64,000 nucleotides of DNA, taken from positions 928,001-992,000 of the forward strand of contig CBDCTZ010000015.1 in the NCBI GenBank assembly GCA_965222375.1, given 5' to 3'. The notes under the pieces are model-generated. The model did no database searches. It saw nothing but the letters and a program-made list of their open reading frames with translations, and was not told the DNA's origin. Below are positions 18,150 through 27,373 of the stretch, in pieces (within the stretch, counting starts at the first letter, position 1; each line of letters starts with the position of its first letter). This DNA is from Polyangiaceae bacterium. Lineage in GTDB: Bacteria; Myxococcota_A; Polyangia; Polyangiales; Polyangiaceae. The position numbers were made by a program, and so were the translations under genes.

Positions 18150-19991
18150 TCAGGCCGTTTCGTCGCCCCCGCCGCCATACATCGCTTCCGCGATTTCGAA
18201 CGTCCCGTTCTCCAAACGCGTGTAGGCGTCGCGTAGCGTGTCCAGATCCGAGCCACTCGTCAGCGCACCGCGTAACGCCTCCAGGTCGTCGTGCATCGTC
18301 GCGATGCGGTCAGCGTCGAGAAGGTCGCCATAGGCCTCCAGAGCTTGCTCCGTGGTGTAGATGAGCGTCTCGGCTTGATTGCGGATTTCCGCCATGTCGC
18401 GGCGGAGCTCATCGGATTCCTTGTACTGCTCTCCTTCGTCGACGAGGCGGTCAATCTCTTCGTGACTGAGGCCGCTCGTGGGCGTGACGTTGATCGCGTG
18501 GGTCTTGCCGGTACCCAGATCCTTGGCTTCGACATCCAGGATGCCATTGGCGTCGATTCGAAATGATACCTGGATCTTGGGAACCCCGCGAGGGGCTGGT
18601 GGGATGCCCGTGAGTTCGAATCGCGCGAGGCTGCGATTGTCTGCGGCCATTTCTCGCTCACCTTGGAGGACGTGAACAGGCACGAAGTTCTGATTGTCCA
18701 TGCTGGTGGTGAAGACCTCGCTCTTCTCCGTCGGCACGGTGGTGTTGCGAGGAATCAGGCGGGTGAACACCCCTCCTCCCGTTTCGACACCAATCGCCAA
18801 GGGGGTGACGTCGAGCAGAAGAACTTCGTCAATCTCCCCGCCGAGGGCCGCACCCTGGATCGCGGCCCCTGTCGCAACGACTTCATCGGGGTTCACACCC
18901 TTGTTGGCGTCTCTTCCGAATAGCTCTTTGACCGCTTTCTGCACCGCCGGCATGCGTGTCATGCCGCCGACCAATACGAATTCGTCAACCTTGTCAGCGG
19001 TCAGCTTGGCATCGGCAAGCACCTGCTCACAGCTTTTCACCGTGCGATCGATCAAGTCGCGTGTGAGGATCTCCAACTCGCTCCTCTTCATGTTGCGCTC
19101 GAGGTGCAGCGGCCCCGAAGCCCCCGTGGCAATGAACGGGATGTTGATCTCGGTTTCCAGCGATGACGATAGCTCGTGCTTGGCCTTTTCAGCAGCCTCC
19201 TTCAGGCGCTGGAGCGCCATGCGATCTCCTTTCAGATCGATGCCGTGCTCCTCGTTGAACTCTTCCGCCAGCTTGTTGATGATCCTGGTGTCGAAATCTT
19301 CACCTCCCAGGTGGGTGTCACCACCAGTGGCTTTGACACTGAACACGCCGCCGGAGATTTCCAGAATCGAGATATCGAACGTGCCGCCCCCCAAGTCATA
19401 AACGGCGATGCGTTCGGACTGGGTCTTGTCCAAGCCGTACGCGAGAGACGCTGCTGTGGGCTCGTTGAGGATGCGCTTGACGTCCAACCCCGCAATCTTG
19501 CCGGCGTCCTTGGTTGCCTGACGTTGAGCGTCATCGAAATAAGCGGGAACCGTGATGATGGCTTCGCTGACGGGCTCCCCAAGGAAAGCCTCGGCGGTCT
19601 CCTTGAGGTTCACGAGCACCATGGCGCTGACCTCTGAAGGCGACATGCGTTTGTCACCCACTTTCACCCAAGCATCACCGTTTTCGTGCTCAATGACCGA
19701 GTAAGCGACGCTTTCCCGATGCCGAGCCACGTCCTGATCGTCGAACTTCCGGCCCATCAGCCGCTTGACGGCGTAGACCGTCTTCTCCGGGTTGGTCGTT
19801 GCCTGCCGTTTGGCAACTTGACCCACCAGTCGTTCGCCGGAAGGCGGCAGAGCGATCACGCTTGGCGTTGTTCTGGCGCCCTCGGAATTTGGAATGACGC
19901 GCACTTCCGGTTCGCCGCTGGCGGTCGCTCCCTCCAATACGGCGACGCACGAGTTCGTCGTGCCCAGATCGATGCCGATGATTTTCCCCAT
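18150..19991 (-). CDS. dnaK: Chaperone DnaK (Hsp70)
   Basis: [23 protein letters not shown] and LVGGMTRMP motifs. Confidence 0.98.
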   Translation of the reverse strand: MGKIIGIDLGTTNSCVAVLEGATASGEPEVRVIPNSEGARTTPSVIALPPSGERLVGQVAKRQATTNPEKTVYAVKRLMGRKFDDQDVARHRESVAYSVIEHENGDAWVKVGDKRMSPSEVSAMVLVNLKETAEAFLGEPVSEAIITVPAYFDDAQRQATKDAGKIAGLDVKRILNEPTAASLAYGLDKTQSERIAVYDLGGGTFDISILEISGGVFSVKATGGDTHLGGEDFDTRIINKLAEEFNEEHGIDLKGDRMALQRLKEAAEKAKHELSSSLETEINIPFIATGASGPLHLERNMKRSELEILTRDLIDRTVKSCEQVLADAKLTADKVDEFVLVGGMTRMPAVQKAVKELFGRDANKGVNPDEVVATGAAIQGAALGGEIDEVLLLDVTPLAIGVETGGGVFTRLIPRNTTVPTEKSEVFTTSMDNQNFVPVHVLQGEREMAADNRSLARFELTGIPPAPRGVPKIQVSFRIDANGILDVEAKDLGTGKTHAINVTPTSGLSHEEIDRLVDEGEQYKESDELRRDMAEIRNQAETLIYTTEQALEAYGDLLDADRIATMHDDLEALRGALTSGSDLDTLRDAYTRLENGTFEIAEAMYGGGGDETA

Positions 19992-20082
19992 TCCGTCCGC
20001 GGCGGAGCATAACCCGCGGTCTTCGGGGAAAGAAAGCTAGCTTTCCCGCGCGCCTGGACACACGACCAGGGTCGGCTTTTGC

Positions 20083-20691
20083 CTATTCCGAGGTGTCCTC
20101 TGCGTCGCGCGCCTCTGGAGGCATTGGCGCTGGCGCGCGAGCGACCACCACCATGGCTGGACGAAGCAAGCGCTCGCCGCTGCGGTAGCCAGGCTGAACC
20201 TCTGCGGCGATAGTCCCAGGCGGATGCTCTGTGCTCTCCATCTGCTGGATGGCTTCATGGACTGCTGGGTCGAAGGCCTTGCCCACGGAGTCGACGCGAT
20301 GCACGTCGAGCTTGCCCAGCGTGTCGAAGAACATACGCAGGACCATCTGGACCCCGTCGGCTAAGCCCTGGACATCCGTGGCTTTCTCGGCGTGCTCCCC
20401 GGCACGCTCCAGGTTGTCGAAGATTGGCAGCAGCTCGCGAAGCAAGTCCTCACGACTCTGGGCTTCGGCCTCGCGGATCTCTTTGCGGGATCGCTTGCGG
20501 AAGTTGTCGAAGTCCGCTGCAGTCCGCAGCAGTTGGTCTCGCAGGCGTGCCGTTTCGGCCTGCGCAACCGCGAGGGGGTCCTTCGGAGGCTCGGCCTCTT
20601 CAGGCGCCTCGGAGGGGGGAGGTTCGCTGCCCGCAGCTTCCTCTACTAGGCCTGACTCCGGGGCACCCGTGGATTCGCTCTCATCGTTCAC
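20083..20691 (-). CDS. grpE: Nucleotide exchange factor GrpE
   Basis: ADFDNFRKR, FDPAVHEA and GY..RLLRPAMVVV motifs; GTG start. Confidence 0.95.
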   Translation of the reverse strand: MNDESESTGAPESGLVEEAAGSEPPPSEAPEEAEPPKDPLAVAQAETARLRDQLLRTAADFDNFRKRSRKEIREAEAQSREDLLRELLPIFDNLERAGEHAEKATDVQGLADGVQMVLRMFFDTLGKLDVHRVDSVGKAFDPAVHEAIQQMESTEHPPGTIAAEVQPGYRSGERLLRPAMVVVARAPAPMPPEARDAEDTSE

Positions 20692-20707
20692 AGCGCCGCT
20701 ACTATAA

Positions 20708-21754
20708 TCAGTCGCCGGTAGTTGCCAAACCAACTGCATTCCTAACGACTTCGGGCGCACGATTGCAGGGTGCCTGCCGCATGGCCACCAGCGCTCCCCC
20801 GGACGAACGGCGGTCCTCGTCGGCCTGAGGTGAGACTGTGAACCACACGTCCACGTGCTCAGGGACCCGCCAAAAGCGGTCCTCCCCGGTGAAGGGAAGG
20901 AGCTTGGGAGGCGCGGCCTTGCGACCATAGAAGGTCTCTTCCACCCAGAAACACGTGTCGGAGCTCGCCGGCGCAAACAGGTGCCGAGCGCCCGCGTGCA
21001 CGTCTACGATGGCAGCTGCAACCTCCGTTCCGTCGGGGTGGGTAACTTGGAGCTTGCGCCGACCCGCGGGCAGTCGCACTTCTAATCCAGCAGCCGTGCT
21101 TTCTGCGCTGGTCGCCTCCACCTGACAGAGTTGTCGGCCGTCAACGGATACCGAAATGCGCGCGTCAGTCAGGTTGATGATGCGAACCAGTGGGGAGTTG
21201 AGACGAAACCCGATCGGAGCCAACCCGAGCGCCACTGCAGCGCCAAGCCACACCCACAGTTTGGCGCCGGGTTCCCGGAGTGACGCTTCCTCACATGCGA
21301 CGCCGTTTTCCCGAGCGAGCGTGTCCGCGAAGCGTGGCAACGTGCAGCATAGAGTTCCGTCGCCACCCCACCATGCGGCCAGATGGGTCGCGGTGTGAGG
21401 CTCACGCCGCTTGGGCTTGAACAGGTAGCGGAGGACGGCCGGCAAGGCAGCCGCAATCACTGCGACGCTAATGTGAAGATAGAGGGGGACCCACTCGAAC
21501 CAGAGCGGAAGGGCGAAAGACAGCGTGAACGCGAGCAACACACTGGACACCAGAGTCGCTAGATCTCGGGTGAACCCGCTGGAGGCATGGGTGAGGCATT
21601 TGTCGCAGTAGGGGACGAACAGGTCCCGACCACGCGACTGCGCCCGTAGAGAACGCGCGGCGTCTGCGCCGCAGCAGGCGCAGATTTGCGGGACGGTCGC
21701 GCCGTCACCCGCCAAATGTACGGCGCGACCCTGCCTCTCCGCGCCACGCGCCAT
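20708..21754 (-). CDS. Hypothetical membrane protein with N-terminal Zn-ribbon-like motif
   Basis: CACC..CDKC cysteine pairs, three TM segments, beta-rich C-terminal domain. Confidence 0.7.
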   Translation of the reverse strand: MARGAERQGRAVHLAGDGATVPQICACCGADAARSLRAQSRGRDLFVPYCDKCLTHASSGFTRDLATLVSSVLLAFTLSFALPLWFEWVPLYLHISVAVIAAALPAVLRYLFKPKRREPHTATHLAAWWGGDGTLCCTLPRFADTLARENGVACEEASLREPGAKLWVWLGAAVALGLAPIGFRLNSPLVRIINLTDARISVSVDGRQLCQVEATSAESTAAGLEVRLPAGRRKLQVTHPDGTEVAAAIVDVHAGARHLFAPASSDTCFWVEETFYGRKAAPPKLLPFTGEDRFWRVPEHVDVWFTVSPQADEDRRSSGGALVAMRQAPCNRAPEVVRNAVGLATTGD

Positions 21755-21831
21755 TCCTGGTACCATTGCTCTCTTGGGCTGGGTGCGGCAGGCGGGCAAA
21801 GCCGAGCCGGACGCTGCTCGAACTTTCAACC

Positions 21832-23568
21832 ATGCGGACCCTGCCTGCAAGCGGCCTCATCATCGCCGAAAAATACAAGCTCTTGGAGCTAATTGGCTCC
21901 GGAGGGATGGGCGAAGTGTATCGGGCGCGCAATACGCTGATAGGTCGTGACGTAGCTCTCAAGCTGCTCAACCACGACTACGTCGGTGACGCCAACCTGA
22001 CGGCACGTCTATTTCAAGAAGCTAAGTCCGCCAGTCGCATTCGGCATCCGGGGATCGTGGAGGTTCTCGACGCCGGCGAGGCAGAAACTGGGCCGTACCT
22101 GGTGATGGAACTGCTTAGCGGGCGTAGTGCAGCCGCGATCTTGGTTCGCTATGGGCGCTTTGATCTCGCCGCGGCCTTGTCGACTGCGATCCCGGTGCTT
22201 TCCACGTTGGGTGCAGCACACGCAGTAGGCGTCGTGCACCGAGACCTGAAACCAGAGAACATCTTTTTTCACCAAGACGAGTCGGGCCAGATCAGCGTGA
22301 AACTGTTGGACTTCGGAATCGCCAAGTTGCTGTCCCCAGGCGGACCAACGCCCAAGACGAGTACCGGCATCGTATTCGGAACTCCAGACTATCTGTCTCC
22401 GGAACAAGCCGCTGGGGACGGTGAGATCGACGGCCGCAGTGACTTATTCTCTTTGGCGGTCGTGCTGTACGAGCTGATCACCGGCGTGCGACCTTTTCAT
22501 GCGCCCACGACCATCGCGACGGCATACCGCATCGCACATGCCAAGGCGCCTCCCCTGGCCACCAACGGGGGCCCGAAGCATCCGATGCTGGATGCGATCT
22601 TGCAGCGGGCCCTGTCGAAACGGCCGGAAGAGCGCCACCAAAGCGCCGACGAGCTCCTTGCTGAACTGGCAGAAATCGTACCTGAACGAGATCGCATCGC
22701 CGCACTACATCGAATCGTGGGCGGCCGTGAGCAGGATATGGAAACCAGTGGCGTCCGGCCAGCTGTGGCGCCCCCCGCCAAGAGGACACGCCCCAATGAA
22801 GAGTCCGCGAAACTCCCGATCAACACCCGGAGCGTCGGGCTCACGAAGCGCTCCCGCTATCGTCCGACACCTGCGCAATCGGCCCCGGCCAGCCTGACGC
22901 CGGTCAGGCCTTCTCAGCAGTCGACTCCAGTGCGGCCTAGCCCAGCGCGAGCGGCGGTGCAGAGCAAGACACCTCTGGGCACGTTGCGCGCGATCCCGCC
23001 CCGCTTCGCAGAGAAGTGCAGCGTCCGGGGCTCAATCCTTCGCAGCCTGGACGCCCACGTGGTGCAGCAGTTCGGTCGCGAAGCGCGGGAAGAGGTCGCC
23101 GCCTGTCTTGGGCCCGAGCGCTCCGCAGACCTCGTGAACGATACCCTGCAAGCAATTGTTCCCTACGACCTAGATCTGGTCGCCGCATACATCGAACTCG
23201 TTACGCGACGGTACTGCCGAGGCAACAACGCTTGGTGTCGAGTGGCCGGCGAGTCAGCGGTTGGTGGTGAGTTTGCCGCCTCATTCCGACACCTCACTCG
23301 CGAGCACGAGGTAGAGGGAATTCTGCGCAGAGCGGTCCCCTTGCTTTCGCGACTATTCGACTTCGGCCGCTGGGAGCACGAAGCAGCAGAACGGCACACG
23401 ATACGCATTAGCGACTTCGAGCCTGCCCCGCTGGGGCTTCGCTGGTGGCTCCTGGGCGTATTGGACGGGCTTTTGGCTTCGGCTTCCCAACTCCACACCT
23501 TATCCGTTGCGCGAGGCGACGCTGCATTTGCCCCCCAGCTAGTCCTTGAGGTTTCCCCGAGGTATTAG
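21832..23568 (+). CDS. Hanks-type Ser/Thr protein kinase with C-terminal domain of unknown function
   Basis: GSGGMG, VALK, HRDLKPEN, DFG and GTPDYLSPE motifs. Confidence 0.95.
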   Translation: MRTLPASGLIIAEKYKLLELIGSGGMGEVYRARNTLIGRDVALKLLNHDYVGDANLTARLFQEAKSASRIRHPGIVEVLDAGEAETGPYLVMELLSGRSAAAILVRYGRFDLAAALSTAIPVLSTLGAAHAVGVVHRDLKPENIFFHQDESGQISVKLLDFGIAKLLSPGGPTPKTSTGIVFGTPDYLSPEQAAGDGEIDGRSDLFSLAVVLYELITGVRPFHAPTTIATAYRIAHAKAPPLATNGGPKHPMLDAILQRALSKRPEERHQSADELLAELAEIVPERDRIAALHRIVGGREQDMETSGVRPAVAPPAKRTRPNEESAKLPINTRSVGLTKRSRYRPTPAQSAPASLTPVRPSQQSTPVRPSPARAAVQSKTPLGTLRAIPPRFAEKCSVRGSILRSLDAHVVQQFGREAREEVAACLGPERSADLVNDTLQAIVPYDLDLVAAYIELVTRRYCRGNNAWCRVAGESAVGGEFAASFRHLTREHEVEGILRRAVPLLSRLFDFGRWEHEAAERHTIRISDFEPAPLGLRWWLLGVLDGLLASASQLHTLSVARGDAAFAPQLVLEVSPRY

Positions 23569-23576
23569 CTGCGACC

Positions 23577-25787
23577 ATGCAGCTGGACGCCGGCCAAGCG
23601 CTGAATGCGCCTCAGACAGAAGCGGTTCTGCACGAGCGGGGGCCGCTGCTCGTCTTCGCGGGAGCTGGCAGCGGCAAGACGCGAGTCATCACCTACCGAA
23701 TCGCCAACCTGTTGGCCAACCATCGGGTGGCTCCATACCGCATCTTGGCCGTGACTTTCACGAACAAGGCGGCTGGTGAACTCAAGAACCGGCTTCGTGC
23801 ACTGGCCGGAGAGGAGATCACTCGAGACGTGTGGGCGGGCACGTTTCACTCCTTGTGCGCGCGCTTGTTGAGGCGTCATCACGAGGCCGCGGGCTTGAGC
23901 TCCAAGTTCGTAATCTACGACGACACGGATCAACGGGCGGTAATGACCCGACTGTTGAAAGAAATGGGCATAGATGACAAGCGCCTGCCACCCCGCTACG
24001 CACTGAGTCGCATCCACGCCGAAAAGCGTGAAGGGCGTCTTCCAAAGGACGTGGATCTGTCCAGGGGATTCGACGAGATGCTCCTGGAAGTCTATGAAGG
24101 CTACCAGCGTGCGATGCACACCGCAGCAGCGGTCGACTTCGAGGATCTCATCCTCGAAGCCATGCGCCTGGCAGAGAGTGAGGAGCTACCCGAAGGGGAC
24201 GCGATCCGCGAGCGCTTTCAGCACGTCTTGGTCGACGAATTCCAAGACACGAACTTGACCCAGTACCGCCTGGTAAAAGCCCTCAGCAGCAGGACCCGAA
24301 ACCTCTGCGTGGTCGGCGATGACGACCAATCCATCTACCGCTGGCGGGGCGCAGATGTTCGGCTGATTCGGGGTTTTCGCCGGGATTTCCCGGACGCGCA
24401 AGTGGTCAAGCTGGAACAGAACTATCGCTCCACGAGCAACATTGTGGCCGCGGCCCTTGGGCTCATCGCTTCGGCACGCCAGCGGGAGCCGAAGGAGCTG
24501 TGGACTGAGGCCGAGGCCGGTCAGAAGGTCCGGGTTCTCGCGATGAGAGACGAACGGGACGAGGCTCAAAAGGTGACCCGCGTGGTTCGGGAGCAGACTC
24601 AAAGTGGGGTCTCCCCAAACGAGATTGCCGTGTTCTACCGTGTGCACGCTCAGTCACGAGTTCTGGAGGAAGCACTCCGAGCGGCCAACATTCCCTACCA
24701 GATTATTGGGGGGATGAAGTTCTTCGAGCGTGCGGAAGTCAAAGACGTGTTGGCTTACCTGCGCCTGATAGACAACCCGCGCAGCGACGCCGATCTCTTG
24801 CGCGTAATCAACGTGCCGGCCCGCGGCATCGGGCAAAAGACCATCGCTCTGCTGTTGGACATCGCGCAGACTCACACGGTCAGCGTCTATCGCGCGCTGG
24901 AACTCGCGTTGGAGCAAGGAGATCTGCCCAAGAGCGCCACCAAACGACTCCGCGGTTTCTTCGACATGATGGAGGACCTGCAAAAGATGAGCGCGCAGGC
25001 CGGCCCCGACGAACTGGCCGAAGCCGTGCTGGAGTCCACGGGCTACCGGAGCAAGCTGCGCGACGCAGATAACGCCGAGAGTGATGCGCGCCTGGAAAAC
25101 ATCGCCGAGTTGGTGGGCTCGATCTCGGACTATGTGACGGCCGCCGAAGAGAGCGACGAAACACCAAGCCTCAGTGGTTACCTGGAGCGCGTAGCGCTTG
25201 TCACCAGTGTGGACACGCTGGAAGACGTCCCCGCGGTCAACCTGATGACCGTGCACGCGGCCAAGGGACTCGAGTTTCCGGTGGTGTTCATGACGGGCAT
25301 GGAGGAAGAGGTATTTCCCTACCGGGGCATGGATGGCGCGGAGCCCGAGGAGCTGGACGAAGAACGGCGTCTCGCCTATGTGGCCGTCACCCGGGCACGG
25401 CAGTGGCTGTACATCAGCTACGCAGCGGTACGCACACTGTTCGGCCAGACTCGCTACCTCGCTCCGAGCCGCTTCCTCGCGGACCTGCCCGAGGAGGTCG
25501 TTCAGCACGTGGGCACGGGCGCCCTGCTTTCCTTTGGTCGATCTCGAGGCTATCGAAAGCCCGAACCGGCCCCGATGAGGCCCGGAGAGCGGATGGTGGA
25601 CCATAGCGCCTTCGACGACATCCCTGGCGACGAGAACGCATTGCGCCCGGGGGCAAGAGTCCACCACCGTCGATTCGGGTCTGGCGTGGTTGAGGAAGTC
25701 GAAGGCGGAGCCACCCCCACGGTCGTGATTCGCTTTCCGGATGGCGAGACCAAACGGATCCGAGCGGACTTCCTCGAGTTCGGTTGA
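23577..25787 (+). CDS. uvrD: ATP-dependent DNA helicase UvrD/PcrA
   Basis: AGAGSGKT, VDEFQD, VGDDDQSIY, EQNYRS, TVHAAKGLEF and EERRLAYVAVTRA motifs; C-terminal Tudor-like domain. Confidence 0.97.
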   Translation: MQLDAGQALNAPQTEAVLHERGPLLVFAGAGSGKTRVITYRIANLLANHRVAPYRILAVTFTNKAAGELKNRLRALAGEEITRDVWAGTFHSLCARLLRRHHEAAGLSSKFVIYDDTDQRAVMTRLLKEMGIDDKRLPPRYALSRIHAEKREGRLPKDVDLSRGFDEMLLEVYEGYQRAMHTAAAVDFEDLILEAMRLAESEELPEGDAIRERFQHVLVDEFQDTNLTQYRLVKALSSRTRNLCVVGDDDQSIYRWRGADVRLIRGFRRDFPDAQVVKLEQNYRSTSNIVAAALGLIASARQREPKELWTEAEAGQKVRVLAMRDERDEAQKVTRVVREQTQSGVSPNEIAVFYRVHAQSRVLEEALRAANIPYQIIGGMKFFERAEVKDVLAYLRLIDNPRSDADLLRVINVPARGIGQKTIALLLDIAQTHTVSVYRALELALEQGDLPKSATKRLRGFFDMMEDLQKMSAQAGPDELAEAVLESTGYRSKLRDADNAESDARLENIAELVGSISDYVTAAEESDETPSLSGYLERVALVTSVDTLEDVPAVNLMTVHAAKGLEFPVVFMTGMEEEVFPYRGMDGAEPEELDEERRLAYVAVTRARQWLYISYAAVRTLFGQTRYLAPSRFLADLPEEVVQHVGTGALLSFGRSRGYRKPEPAPMRPGERMVDHSAFDDIPGDENALRPGARVHHRRFGSGVVEEVEGGATPTVVIRFPDGETKRIRADFLEFG

Positions 25788-25793
25788 CGACAG

Positions 25794-26105
25794 CTACAGA
25801 CTAGCCAGCAGATCTTCAATCTCGCCGAGGGCCTGACCGTCGCCCTTGCTAGACGCCAAAGCCTTGCCCGCCTGCAGCCACTCCCGGGCTGTATCCGGAT
25901 CCTTCAGCTCTTCGGAAGCGAGTTGCCCGACCATCAAATACATAGCCAGATAGTCCGGGTCGGCCTCCCGCAACGCCTGAAACGCGTTCAAGGCGTCCGC
26001 TGAGCGACCTTCCTTGCGGTATTCCATGGCCAGCGCGTAGCGGGCGAAGGAGTCCGCCTTTCCGCTTTCGACGAGTTGTTCGAGGTATGAAAGTCGCTTG
26101 TTCAT
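25794..26105 (-). CDS. Small TPR protein
   Basis: DSFARYALAMEY..DPDYLAMYLMVGQ TPR pattern. Confidence 0.85.
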   Translation of the reverse strand: MNKRLSYLEQLVESGKADSFARYALAMEYRKEGRSADALNAFQALREADPDYLAMYLMVGQLASEELKDPDTAREWLQAGKALASSKGDGQALGEIEDLLASL

Positions 26106-26110
26106 GGGCC

Positions 26111-27373
26111 TCAACCGACTGCGGGCGGGGGCAGAGTCCACTCGGAGTCACCCCGTGAGGAGTCAGGGAGACCACCGTCGGACTCTTCCACTTCGCCCAG
26201 GAAGTTCTTTATCTCGTTGCGACGCGCCCGTGCATCCGAGCGCCCCAACTCCACGAGGTGTTGCGAGAACCCCCCGTCGAAGAGCAAGTAGCTCGCCAGA
26301 TCGGCGTCGTTGGCAACTCCAACATCGAGGAGCTTCAGCAGCCGCTTGGTAAAGACCGGTCCGGCCCGCAGCTTGCCGCTCCGCAGGTGCTCCGCCGCCA
26401 GCTGCCCGATTCCCTCGGTAGGGCGAATCACCAGGGTTTCGATGGGGCGGAATTGGTGCCCACCGCGCATGGCCGCTGCCTCGTTCAACCGCGGTACGAA
26501 GTCCTCGCCAAATCCCGAATGGCCACTCAGCAGGATGTCGTTCAGCAGGTTCACGAAGCCGAGATCGCTATCTAGGTGGTCGAGCAGCAGGGCGTTCATG
26601 ATCTTGCCGAGCAGGAACGTCGCGCTCGGCGCCTCGACGGTCTTGGGATGGGCCACACCACGCACCAAGCGCGAGGTGCCGACCACGAGAACGTGAGTTG
26701 CGCCCAGGCGGATCGCCGGTGCAATCGGGGTGTTCTGGCGTACCCCTCCGTCCACGTAGAGTTGGTTGCCCAGCTTGACCGGTGGAAACAGCATGGGAAT
26801 GGCGGCAGAAGCCAACGCATGCTGCGGCCCAATCCGATCGGCTCGGATCAAGGTGCGCGGCGGTGCTCGAGTGGGTAGCGCGGTAGTGGGACCGGTCTGC
26901 ATGAAGATGACTGTGCGGCCTGTCGCAACTTCCGTAGCACTGACACTTAGCGCCTTCAGGTGCCCCTGCCGCATGGTGCGCGTAATCGCGCGCCAAGGGA
27001 TTTCTCGCTGTACCAGGGATGACATTGGGGACACATCGAAGATCCCGGCGCCGTCACCGCCTCCCAGCATCACCTTCGGTAGCGACATGGCCTGGCGCCA
27101 GCCGAAGCCGAGCACGTCGTCCAGCTTCATCCCGCCCCACACATCCACCAAACGTCGGATCCCGAGAACTGGATCCACCAAGTGAGCTGCCAAGTACGAG
27201 CTGTTGATCGCCCCAACGCTAGTTCCGCACAGAATGTCGACCTTGGGCGGCGCGCCACGCGTACGAGTCAGTTCGTCAAACAGATAGGAAAGGACACCGA
27301 CCTCATAGGCACCCCGCGCGCCACCGCCCGACAAGATGATAGCTAGGGACCGACGGCGTGCTTCCTTTTTCAC
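26111..27373 (-). CDS. Patatin-like phospholipase
   Basis: GGGARG, GTSVG and DGG motifs all intact. Confidence 0.95.
   Translation of the reverse strand: MKKEARRRSLAIILSGGGARGAYEVGVLSYLFDELTRTRGAPPKVDILCGTSVGAINSSYLAAHLVDPVLGIRRLVDVWGGMKLDDVLGFGWRQAMSLPKVMLGGGDGAGIFDVSPMSSLVQREIPWRAITRTMRQGHLKALSVSATEVATGRTVIFMQTGPTTALPTRAPPRTLIRADRIGPQHALASAAIPMLFPPVKLGNQLYVDGGVRQNTPIAPAIRLGATHVLVVGTSRLVRGVAHPKTVEAPSATFLLGKIMNALLLDHLDSDLGFVNLLNDILLSGHSGFGEDFVPRLNEAAAMRGGHQFRPIETLVIRPTEGIGQLAAEHLRSGKLRAGPVFTKRLLKLLDVGVANDADLASYLLFDGGFSQHLVELGRSDARARRNEIKNFLGEVEESDGGLPDSSRGDSEWTLPPPAVG

Noticed and set aside
19992..20720. CIRCE/HrcA operator for grpE-dnaK
   Set aside because: No TTAGCACTC-N9-GAGTGCTAA match seen and no hrcA in the window
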